64,000 bases of DNA from Escherichia phage JLBYU50: sequence record OK272470.1; one strand, written 5' to 3'. The stretch's first letter is position 1. The number at the start of each line of letters is the position of its first letter. A program made the translations under genes and the position numbers. The notes under the pieces were generated by a model. That model searched no databases. It was not told the DNA's origin and saw only the letters and a list, made by a program, of their open reading frames with translations. This document shows, in pieces, positions 56,899-64,000 of this stretch.

Positions 56899-57149
56899 TG
56901 TTAAGTATCAAACCTAAAATGATAACAGCAGATGAAGCAGACTTTATTTTCAAATGTGGACATGTATGGAGAGAATTCACAAAAGGGAATGAAGTGGTGG
57001 TTGTTGTCGAACACAAGATATCTATCCAGGATCTGTTTGGACAATATGTTGATGTTATTAAATTAGGTATTGACAAGGGTTTAGTTGAGGTGTTAACATT
57101 AGATCAAGTTGAAGCAGAGCACCTCGATAAAGTAGTGGTTGAATTTTAA
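56898..57149 (+). CDS. hypothetical protein
   Basis: 83-aa ORF, TAATG overlap with upstream gene. Confidence 0.45.
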   Translation: MLSIKPKMITADEADFIFKCGHVWREFTKGNEVVVVVEHKISIQDLFGQYVDVIKLGIDKGLVEVLTLDQVEAEHLDKVVVEF

Positions 57150-57169
57150 AATACAGACGGGAGAAAGGT

Positions 57170-57343
57170 ATGAGTTTCTTTGTTACAGTATTTATGGCTA
57201 TCTGGATTGTAGTCTCACTCGTTCTTTTCCTGGTGGGTTGTCTGGAAGAGATTAAGAAAGCGGTTATTTGCGGTTTCTTTGGCTTTATTATCTCTCCTGC
57301 CTGGATGTGGTTCTTCATTATGATTGGTTTCCTTAAAAGGTAA
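57170..57343 (+). CDS. small hydrophobic membrane protein (57 aa, not in ORF track)
   Basis: RBS gggagaaagg before ATG at 57170; two predicted TM helices. Confidence 0.4.
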   Translation: MSFFVTVFMAIWIVVSLVLFLVGCLEEIKKAVICGFFGFIISPAWMWFFIMIGFLKR

Positions 57344-57357
57344 GTGAGGAATAAAGA

Positions 57358-57795
57358 ATGAGTAAAACAAACGCAATCGCAGATAAAGCAACTGATGTAC
57401 TTCTGAACATGGTTAACGTCACTATTCAAACAATGAGTGATGTTGTGGAGTTTGGAAAACAACAAATTCCAGAAGTAATCCATCAATTATTAGTGTGGAA
57501 AGCAGTATCCGCAGGTTTATGGCAACTTTTTGGTATTTGCTTTATGTTTATTACTTTTATTGCTGTGCGGAACCTCGTAAAAGCAATTAAAGATAAAGAA
57601 TGCCTGTGGTCACGAGATCGCTATGGTGAAGTATCTGCTTTACCTATTGTTGGTCTTGTTGTCTGTGCTTTCTTTTTCTTTTTAGGATTTGTTATTTTCT
57701 TTTCGAATTTTGATTGGCTAAAAATCATTATTGCACCAAAAGTGTATCTGATTGAATTTGCTGCTGATTTAATTCGTTCATCTCAACAAAAATAA
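57358..57795 (+). CDS. membrane protein
   Basis: 145 aa with two long hydrophobic helices. Confidence 0.5.
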   Translation: MSKTNAIADKATDVLLNMVNVTIQTMSDVVEFGKQQIPEVIHQLLVWKAVSAGLWQLFGICFMFITFIAVRNLVKAIKDKECLWSRDRYGEVSALPIVGLVVCAFFFFLGFVIFFSNFDWLKIIIAPKVYLIEFAADLIRSSQQK

Positions 57796-57806
57796 AAGGG
57801 GTTAAA

Positions 57807-58934
57807 ATGAAATACACGATTTATGGTGATATTGTAAGTGTAAATAAAGATATGGGCGTGGAATCTAACTATCTTCCACCTGGATTCTATACTGTTAGTC
57901 GTGATCCCCTTGGCAATTATTTTTTAAGCCGTGGTAATCTGACAGGTGTACCGGATGTTTTGTATGGTGAAACAGAAAAACGAGCAAATCACGTTATCCG
58001 TACATTCCATCGCCGGAGTGCACAAGGTAAAAACACAGGCTTGCTTCTGACAGGAACTAAGGGCAGTGGTAAAACTATGTTAGCCAAACTCATTAGTCGT
58101 GACCTTGTAGAAGAAGGTATTCCAACTATTATGGTTACTCAAGCCTACAGTGATGCTAATTTCATTGAACTTATTAGCAAGATCACCGACAAAGCAGTGA
58201 TTATTTTTGACGAGTTTGATAAAGTGTATGAGAAGAAACAAGATCAAGAAGCACTTCTCACTTTGTTAGATGGTACTGGCAGTGGTAATAAACTGTTTAT
58301 TCTGACTAAAAACAGTGGTTTTATTTCTGAATTCTTTTTAAATCGTCCTAGTCGTGTGTTTTATAATTTTAATTATGATAAAATCTCACTAGAAACTATG
58401 ATTGACTATTTAGATAAAAACCTAGATAACAAAGCACACTTTGATAATTTCCAAAGACTTTGGGATGTAAGTTTAGAGTTGTCCTTTGATGTGATCCAAG
58501 GTATAGTAGAAGAACTTAATTTCTACCCTGATTTATCCTTTAAAGAATGCATCTCTATGATGGGCGTTTCTTTAGGTGGTGGTAATAAATGGGATATCAG
58601 CAGTGTTGTTATTAATGGGAAACTTCAGAAAGTTAGCTGGGTATCTAGTTGGCATAACTTTACACCTGCAATCTTTTTAGGTGGCTCGTGCACACTAGAC
58701 GTGTACTTGTCATCTCCAAGTGATGCAGACTCTAAAGAAGCCCTTGCTAATAGCTCTTACGTGGTTTTTGATGATGAAGGAGATGCTCGAATTCCATTGA
58801 ATGCGACAAAAATGAAAGCAGATCTTATTACAGGCGGTAAAATCGTTGTGTTTAGTGATGATCCAGAAGATTCTTTCCGTATTGTTCTGGAGCCAACTAT
58901 CACCAATGGTGCAACTTTGGCAAGTGTGTTTTAA
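57807..58934 (+). CDS. AAA+ ATPase (paralog B)
   Basis: Walker A GTKGSGKT; Walker B IIFDEFDK; sensor-1 FILTKN; Arg-finger NRPSRVFY; collinear with paralog A across about 300 aa. Confidence 0.65.
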   Translation: MKYTIYGDIVSVNKDMGVESNYLPPGFYTVSRDPLGNYFLSRGNLTGVPDVLYGETEKRANHVIRTFHRRSAQGKNTGLLLTGTKGSGKTMLAKLISRDLVEEGIPTIMVTQAYSDANFIELISKITDKAVIIFDEFDKVYEKKQDQEALLTLLDGTGSGNKLFILTKNSGFISEFFLNRPSRVFYNFNYDKISLETMIDYLDKNLDNKAHFDNFQRLWDVSLELSFDVIQGIVEELNFYPDLSFKECISMMGVSLGGGNKWDISSVVINGKLQKVSWVSSWHNFTPAIFLGGSCTLDVYLSSPSDADSKEALANSSYVVFDDEGDARIPLNATKMKADLITGGKIVVFSDDPEDSFRIVLEPTITNGATLASVF

Positions 58935-58949
58935 GTAAGCCAGCAAATA

Positions 58950-58975
58950 AAAACCCGCTTCGGCGGGTTTTCTTG
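58950..58975 (+). terminator. rho-independent terminator
   Basis: acccgc-ttcg-gcgggt hairpin followed by TTTTCTTG. Confidence 0.75.
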
Positions 58976-59008
58976 TATTAATACCAGATTTAATAAAAGG
59001 AGTAGTAG

Positions 59009-60001
59009 ATGGGAACACCAAAATCATGGGAACAATATAAAGAAGAATTAACACCTCTTGCTAAAAATCGCAATATTCAAATCCTGGGTTATGTTGGTGA
59101 ATGGAAAGGGAATAAAACAAAACTTGATTTGTTGTGTCATTGTGGGTATAGATGGCAAAGTACAGCTATTACGGACTTTAAACGTGGTGGTGGTTGCCCC
59201 AGTTGTAATTTAGATAGCTTACGCAAACGTATAATCATCCCTGACGATCAACACATACAAGATTTCATGAATACTGGCGCTTTCCAACCAGGAACCATCT
59301 TCATCAATACAGGGGAACGTACTGGAAATAGTGACAGTATTTGGTGTATAAAATGTCCTATTTGCTCATACGACGAATATGTACAAGCTGGAGTATGTGA
59401 TGGTAAGTTTTATTCTACAAAGAGTAGTCTTAAAAACGGGAGTCTCGCTTGTCGTTGTTCTACACGTTATGTGTTTAGCGATCAGCAGTTAACATACCGC
59501 ATGAGAAAGGAGTTGCAGAAAAAAGATTTGATTTTTATTGAATGGGTAGGCAAACCTTCTGTAAGATTAGGTAAGTTTAAATATCTTTGTCTTGTACATG
59601 GGGAGCAGATAGGGAGTGCTAGTAACTTATTAAGCCACGGTCGAGGTTGTCCTATGTGTGCTGGTCATAGTCAGCAGCAGTTATATATTAATATTGTTAA
59701 GGATGATAATATTATAGTTGCTCTTAAGTTTGGTATAGCTAAAGATAGTGATAGGCGATTAAACATTCAAAATAGCCGTAATCTGTTTTTTATGGAACGT
59801 ATTTGTTTATATGATTTTAGCACAGTGAAACAGTGTAAGGCTGCTGAAAGAGCTATAAAGAAAAAATTAAAAACTGGTATTTTAACAGCAAGAGAGTTGA
59901 AAGACGGTCATACAGAAACAGTAAGTGTTTCTGATTTGGAAAATCTTCAAAAAATTATTACACAATATGGTGGCAAATTAGTATATAGTAAGGAGGTGTA
60001 A
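59009..60001 (+). CDS. zinc-ribbon repeat protein with C-terminal T5orf172 (GIY-YIG-like) domain
   Basis: Three Cys modules (CHCGYRWQ...GCPSCN; CPICSYDEY...CRCSTRY; CLVHGEQ...GCPMCAG); C-terminal VALKFGIAKDSDRRLNIQNSRNLFF resembles T5orf172. Confidence 0.5.
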   Translation: MGTPKSWEQYKEELTPLAKNRNIQILGYVGEWKGNKTKLDLLCHCGYRWQSTAITDFKRGGGCPSCNLDSLRKRIIIPDDQHIQDFMNTGAFQPGTIFINTGERTGNSDSIWCIKCPICSYDEYVQAGVCDGKFYSTKSSLKNGSLACRCSTRYVFSDQQLTYRMRKELQKKDLIFIEWVGKPSVRLGKFKYLCLVHGEQIGSASNLLSHGRGCPMCAGHSQQQLYINIVKDDNIIVALKFGIAKDSDRRLNIQNSRNLFFMERICLYDFSTVKQCKAAERAIKKKLKTGILTARELKDGHTETVSVSDLENLQKIITQYGGKLVYSKEV

Positions 60002-60553
60002 ATGCGGATTACTGATAAGTATGTGTTCTTCTTTTCAGCAAAAGATGAATTTAGCAACTGGTATCTATCATCTTTTATTGAACCTTTAGCTCCCAAGTAT
60101 AATAATTCTATTACAAGTTCTGTTGAATTTACTTGTGTGGAACAATATATGATGTGGAGAAAAGCATGTTTATTTTATGATTACAACATTGCATCTTCTA
60201 TTTTAACCGGAGATCTAAGATATACAGGAGAAAAAGAACAAGCATATTATAAGCGACTAGGCAGATTAGTTAAAGATTATGATGAAGATACCTGGACTTC
60301 TTTACGGGAGAAGATTGTCAAACGTGGTTTGTATCTTAAATACACACAAAATGAAGATCTCAAAAATAAACTTATAGCCTACGCAGATAAGGAGTTCGTA
60401 GAGGCAAGCCCTTATGATTCTATTTATGGTATCAAAATGGGGATGTGGGATCGGGACGTGGAAAATAAGGATTGTTGGAAAGGACAAAATCTTTTAGGAA
60501 AATGGCATACAGACCTTGCTGTTTATCTAAAAGCACAATCTGATATTTCCTGA
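60002..60553 (+). CDS. NADAR (YbiA-like) domain protein
   Basis: Collinear with E. coli YbiA: FSNWY, VEQYMMWRKA, RGLYLKYTQNEDLKNKLIAY, FVEASPYDSIYG, GQNLLGKWH; ATG overlaps upstream stop. Confidence 0.75.
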   Translation: MRITDKYVFFFSAKDEFSNWYLSSFIEPLAPKYNNSITSSVEFTCVEQYMMWRKACLFYDYNIASSILTGDLRYTGEKEQAYYKRLGRLVKDYDEDTWTSLREKIVKRGLYLKYTQNEDLKNKLIAYADKEFVEASPYDSIYGIKMGMWDRDVENKDCWKGQNLLGKWHTDLAVYLKAQSDIS

Positions 60554-60772
60554 TATTTTGAAAATTTTTATTTTTATAAAAAGGGGTGTGGGTTTCATGT
60601 ACGGAAATTCACCCTCTGCACAGTATATCCAGAGTAAGTAGTATTCTATACCCTGTTAATAAAGTATTTAATTTGTTTGTTGGACTATGGTATCTGATCT
60701 TTAAAAGGCATACTATCTCTTAACTACTACTTATAACAGAACAGTAAAATCATTTTTATAAAAAGTACAAAA

Positions 60773-60969
60773 TTATTTAAAGTTTTTACAGATTTTTGGG
60801 TACAAATTTTGAAAATGAAAAGTTCAAGTTTGGTCAAAATTATTTAAAGTTTTTGTACGTATTTCTATTCAGATTTTGAAAATGAAAACTTCAATTTTTT
60901 AAAAATTCCCCAGTTTATTTAAAGTTTTTTTGCCTTTTTCCGTAGAAAAATCAAAAATGAAAAGTTCAA
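60773..60969. repeat. three tandem copies of a composite element (ttatttaaagttttt - 21 nt - TTGAAaatgaaaagTTCAA)
   Basis: Unit A at 60773, 60840, 60915; palindromic unit B at 60809, 60876, 60951; A-to-B spacing 36 nt in each copy. Confidence 0.7.
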
Positions 60970-60992
60970 TTTCGTGTTTTTATAGGTGTGTT

Positions 60993-61050
60993 AATGAGAA
61001 TCATTTTCGTTTGTAAATGAGAATCATTAGCAAATGAGAATTTTCTCATT
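60993..61050. repeat. three copies of palindromic site AATGA-gaa-TCATT
   Basis: aatgagaatcatt at 60993-61005 and 61016-61028; extended palindrome aatgagaattttctcatt at 61033-61050. Confidence 0.65.
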
Positions 61051-61286
61051 TAGAGAATAACGCGCAGGGGTGGTGTTTGTCTCGCGCTCCCGTGTCCCCT
61101 CGCCATACAATAAGAATAGCATAACCAACAACAAAAGCAAGCGATTATTTTTATCTTTACATTTCTTTACAAATTTATTTTGGACGAGCTACCGGCGATC
61201 AACCTTCCAACCAGTGCCCCCTGGTATGTTAGCCCCGCCTTTACGCCGTGGGGGTGGCGTTTCCTCTTCTGTATGTAAAACAGTAT

Positions 61287-61320
61287 AAGCCCGATCCCTG
61301 GGCTTGTCAATATTATTTTT
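61287..61320. terminator. stem-loop aagccc-gatccct-gggctt with T-run on + strand
   Basis: Hairpin followed by gtcaatattattttttgtttt on + strand; overlaps 3' end of - strand ORF 61313..61579. Confidence 0.35.
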
Positions 61321-61579
61321 TGTTTTCTTGCCAGGATAGGACACCTAACCAAAAATACATGTCGCCCCGCGCCCCTGGCGGGATCTTGCTTTCCCCGCCG
61401 CCACTGCAAGCCCATAGATAACCATTTACGAACGTATCAAAGTGATCTATCTCTTCCACCTTATGATCGCCCAGGTTGAGAACGGTTTCAACCTTTAAGC
61501 CCGTTGCGCTTGCTACCTGGTGCACCGTGCCGCCTTGCCAGCCCAATGAGTGCATGAGATGTAAAGGAGTATTTGTCAT
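61313..61579 (-). CDS. hypothetical protein encoded in GC-rich islet
   Basis: 88-aa ORF, RBS aaaggg; own sigma70-like promoter; GC content visibly higher than phage average. Confidence 0.45.
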   Translation of the reverse strand: MTNTPLHLMHSLGWQGGTVHQVASATGLKVETVLNLGDHKVEEIDHFDTFVNGYLWACSGGGESKIPPGARGDMYFWLGVLSWQENKK

Positions 61580-61626
61580 GGTATCGCCCTTTCTTTGATG
61601 TGCGCCCTGGTTGGCGCGGTAGAAAG

Positions 61627-61655
61627 ATAATAGCCGTTTCCTTTATAGATAGCAA
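61627..61655 (-). promoter_or_regulatory. sigma70-like promoter for ORF 61313..61579
   Basis: On - strand TTGCTA, 17-nt spacer, TATTAT. Confidence 0.45.
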
Positions 61656-61691
61656 GCAAAAAAGAAATGAAAAAAAGATTAAAAAAAATGG

Positions 61692-61720
61692 TTGACGTTC
61701 CTCACCTGGTAGCGTAGTAT
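61692..61720 (+). promoter_or_regulatory. sigma70-like early promoter
   Basis: TTGACG, 17-nt spacer, TAGTAT, upstream A-tract. Confidence 0.55.
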
Positions 61721-61773
61721 TCATCTTGTCGAGGGGGCAATAGTGCCGCTCATAACAGAAGAGAGAAATAATC

Positions 61774-62046
61774 ATGGCATCATATAGCGCATCAATGATC
61801 GTAACGGGTATCACTGGTAAACCTATGCGCGGTGGCGGATCTTTCGCTAACATCAACATTGACGGGCGTTTATCCCTGGACGCAGCGATCACAGTGGCAC
61901 GGGAAACATTTAAAAAAGAATGTAATTTCAATAAACAAGATTATCTCGGTTTCGCTATTGAAAAAACCGCGCGCTTTGTGGATTATAAAAGCCCGAAAAT
62001 GATCGACACTACACTAAAAGCGCAAGATGTAGCGTTTTTGCTTTAA
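61774..62046 (+). CDS. early protein, unknown
   Basis: 90-aa ORF with RBS gagaga; downstream of promoter. Confidence 0.45.
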   Translation: MASYSASMIVTGITGKPMRGGGSFANINIDGRLSLDAAITVARETFKKECNFNKQDYLGFAIEKTARFVDYKSPKMIDTTLKAQDVAFLL

Positions 62047-62049
62047 GGT

Positions 62050-62077
62050 TTGACACTGAAAAATAATTGGGTAATAT
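62050..62077 (+). promoter_or_regulatory. sigma70-like early promoter
   Basis: TTGACA, 16-nt spacer, TAATAT. Confidence 0.55.
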
Positions 62078-62132
62078 ATACGACATAAGGCGGGGAAATG
62101 GTTTCCCGCCAAATCAAAGAAAGGGTAATGCA

Positions 62133-62495
62133 ATGAGCAAGCAAATCAATACTATCATGTTTAATCTGGTATCTTTCCGCGATGACGTGAAAAACCTTTC
62201 GCGTGATGCAGTGGATGCACGGATCGAAAGCTATCGCACACAGATCGCAACGTTACCGCTGAAACGTGATCAACATGCCGCTAATATGATGCTGGATGCT
62301 ATGATTAAAAAGATGATTCAGTGTGATATTACCCTGGCTTATGAATATGCTGGCGATCTCTTTGTAACATATAGCAAGCCCGTTCCAGGTATGAGCACCA
62401 CGGAAGAATTGCATGCCTTAAATCTGCGACAAGATGCATGGGATAACATGCGCCGTGTTATGGTATGGGTAGAAAGCGGTAAAATTTACGAATAA
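62133..62495 (+). CDS. early protein, unknown
   Basis: Start reassigned to ATG at 62133 (RBS aaaggg); upstream track extension lies inside promoter. Confidence 0.45.
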   Translation: MSKQINTIMFNLVSFRDDVKNLSRDAVDARIESYRTQIATLPLKRDQHAANMMLDAMIKKMIQCDITLAYEYAGDLFVTYSKPVPGMSTTEELHALNLRQDAWDNMRRVMVWVESGKIYE

Positions 62496-62501
62496 AAACG
62501 G

Positions 62502-62530
62502 TTGACATTGCACTAAAACCTGATAAGCTA
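62502..62530 (+). promoter_or_regulatory. sigma70-like early promoter
   Basis: TTGACA at 62502-62507, TGaTAAGCT extended -10-like element. Confidence 0.5.
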
Positions 62531-62573
62531 TCTTAAAGCGGGAACTATTCCCGCTTACATAGGATAAAACTTT

Positions 62574-62720
62574 ATGAAACAATATGTAATGAGTATTCAT
62601 ACCAAAAACGGCGCTACTGTTACGACTCCGGCACGGTTTGCACTTGTAAACCGTTGCAAGAGACTAAAACGAGAGCTAAAAAATAACCGTGCAACGGGCT
62701 TTAAACGCTGGGGAGGATAA
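62574..62720 (+). CDS. small basic protein (48 aa, not in ORF track)
   Basis: ATG at 62574 after aggat RBS; Arg/Lys-rich. Confidence 0.35.
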   Translation: MKQYVMSIHTKNGATVTTPARFALVNRCKRLKRELKNNRATGFKRWGG

Positions 62721-62722
62721 TC

Positions 62723-62983
62723 TTGTTTTTTCTAAAAGTTTTTGATAATGTGATCGCTTTTGAACATGCTACAACGTTCGACCTGGCGAGATACGCTATC
62801 AGGTTTAAAGATAATGTTTATCCCCGTGCTGGCGGCGGTTACACTATTTTTAATCATCGCAACGCGCAACTGACTGATGTAACTAATCCAGATCCTGGAG
62901 TGTATCGCATAGGCTGGCTACCGTCAAAAGACGCTGCAAGCATGTTTAAGGTGTGTAAACTACTAACAGAAGAGGCGAACTAG
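62723..62983 (+). CDS. early protein, unknown (TTG start)
   Basis: RBS ggagga before TTG at 62723. Confidence 0.4.
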   Translation: MFFLKVFDNVIAFEHATTFDLARYAIRFKDNVYPRAGGGYTIFNHRNAQLTDVTNPDPGVYRIGWLPSKDAASMFKVCKLLTEEAN

Positions 62984-62984
62984 C

Positions 62985-63539
62985 ATGGGGCGTGAATATG
63001 TGATCCAGTCCTGGGTAAAGCATGATGCTAATGATCCGCGCATAATACCAGATGACATGATCGATCACATGGTAGGGTATAGCGGGGAGCAGATAGGAAA
63101 TCGAGCGGCAAAGAGCAACGGCAACACCAGGACGCGATCCGTTCGTCCTGGATGGCTGGCGAATGGTAACGCTGACATTGCAAGCGCCGCAGATCCAAGC
63201 GATGACGCTAAAAATAATCCCTTGTACAGCATTGATCCGGCTTTTAAGGTGTTGGAAGAGTATCCCGCTAAATTAGCCGCACTAGATAAGGCATACGAAG
63301 AAAAGCGCATGGCCTGGACTGTATACAACACCGCTAAAATGGTGCTAGATGCAAAACTAATTAAAGCCCAGGAGAAGATCAATAAACTTGTTACCATAGC
63401 GCAAGAGGAAGACCAGGGCGACCAGGAGGAAGAGGAAGAAATCATGCCTACCCTGGAAGAGGAAGAGATCCAGCCATACATGCCGACGGAAGAGGAAAAA
63501 AGACAAGCCTTAAAAAATTATGAAAATTGCATTGTGTAA
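62985..63539 (+). CDS. early protein with acidic C-terminal tail
   Basis: 184 aa; C-terminus QEEDQGDQEEEEEIMPTLEEEEIQ. Confidence 0.5.
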   Translation: MGREYVIQSWVKHDANDPRIIPDDMIDHMVGYSGEQIGNRAAKSNGNTRTRSVRPGWLANGNADIASAADPSDDAKNNPLYSIDPAFKVLEEYPAKLAALDKAYEEKRMAWTVYNTAKMVLDAKLIKAQEKINKLVTIAQEEDQGDQEEEEEIMPTLEEEEIQPYMPTEEEKRQALKNYENCIV

Positions 63540-63542
63540 GGG

Positions 63543-63571
63543 TTGACATATGCAAACAAGCCCCGTAATAT
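63543..63571 (+). promoter_or_regulatory. sigma70-like early promoter
   Basis: TTGACA, 17-nt spacer, TAATAT. Confidence 0.55.
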
Positions 63572-63619
63572 GTACCACATAGAGCGGGGCAACTTCTCAA
63601 AGGTGAAATAAAAAATCAG

Positions 63620-63647
63620 TTGACACCTGAAATCAGTAAGCTATAAT
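63620..63647 (+). promoter_or_regulatory. sigma70 consensus-like early promoter
   Basis: TTGACA, 16-nt spacer, TATAAT. Confidence 0.6.
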
Positions 63648-63684
63648 GCTTATATAGATTGAAACATTACTAAGGAATAAAAGC

Positions 63685-63864
63685 ATGGCTATTATTGCGA
63701 AGACTGAGATCGTAGGTTTAAATTCTATCCTCCTGGCATATGAGGAAGCTATAGAAATGTATGTGGTTTCCTATGGTGATTATATCCGTGAATATAATTC
63801 TATTGATCTAGCTTTTGAATGCTATATTCGCCAGGTAAATAAAGCATACGATGATTATCGTTAA
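63685..63864 (+). CDS. small early protein (59 aa, not in ORF track)
   Basis: RBS aaggaa before ATG at 63685; downstream of tandem promoters. Confidence 0.4.
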   Translation: MAIIAKTEIVGLNSILLAYEEAIEMYVVSYGDYIREYNSIDLAFECYIRQVNKAYDDYR

Positions 63865-63884
63865 AAGTTTTAGTCTTGTGCTAT

Positions 63885-63912
63885 TGACAACGAACGATAG
63901 TACAAGCATAAT
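63885..63912 (+). promoter_or_regulatory. sigma70-like early promoter
   Basis: TTGACA, 16-nt spacer, CATAAT. Confidence 0.5.
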
Positions 63913-63959
63913 AACTTTTATCGGGAACACTCCTAACTAATCAAAAGAGATTAAAGATT

Positions 63960-64000
63960 ATGGCTAAAAATATTAATGTTTCTGCTTATGCTACCCTGGC
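63960..64000 (+). CDS. 3'-truncated early ORF (runs off window)
   Basis: ATG at 63960 downstream of promoter. Confidence 0.3.
   Translation, partial: MAKNINVSAYATL

Noticed and set aside
60773-60969. Tandem repeats considered as a CRISPR array
   Set aside because: Only three AT-rich copies with variable period (67 and 75 bp), palindromic sub-elements typical of operators, no cas genes nearby
61070-61288. 72-aa + strand ORF in the GC-rich islet
   Set aside because: GTG start without RBS, low-complexity product; region more likely noncoding or RNA-coding
62067-62132. N-terminal extension of ORF 62067..62495
   Set aside because: Extension overlaps the TTGACA/TAATAT promoter; internal ATG at 62133 has an RBS
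1-64000. tRNA genes, integrase or transposase, prophage boundaries
   Set aside because: No cloverleaf-like GTTCRANYC T-loop elements noticed in intergenic regions, no tyrosine/serine recombinase motifs; a visual scan cannot exclude tRNAs, which a tRNA-scanning tool should verify

Overview
This 64-kb window reads as a contiguous segment of a large, AT-rich, virulent tailed phage (myovirus-like), probably infecting an enterobacterial host; no integrase, rRNA, CRISPR array or convincing tRNA was found by eye. All calls rest on manual motif reading, not on any search or computation. Layout: (i) 1-21716 on the + strand is a structural module with a 5'-truncated gene, a central-spike candidate, baseplate J-like protein and at least six long tail fibre/tailspike genes, separated by hairpin terminators. 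(ii) 21752-56227 on the - strand is a replication and accessory block: N6-adenine DNA methyltransferase, SSB-like protein, family A DNA polymerase, T7-type primase-helicase, anaerobic ribonucleotide reductase NrdD/NrdG, SF1 helicase, four putative glycosyltransferases, a Ter-like stress-response cluster (TerC, TelA-like, vWA, TerD) and many small ORFs. (iii) 56287-64000 on the + strand is an early-type block with sigma70-like promoters, a NADAR domain gene and a higher-GC islet. The most interesting signal is a dispersed set of ADP-ribose-processing or signal-binding candidates (NADAR, a truncated macro-like ORF coupled to an AAA+ ATPase, DUF4326-like, DUF2829-like), which may form a multi-layer counter-defence repertoire. 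Other leads are the phage-borne Ter-like cluster, the glycosyltransferase cluster beside the replisome genes, tRNA-directed enzyme candidates, and a palindromic tandem-repeat regulatory region at 60.77-61.05 kb.
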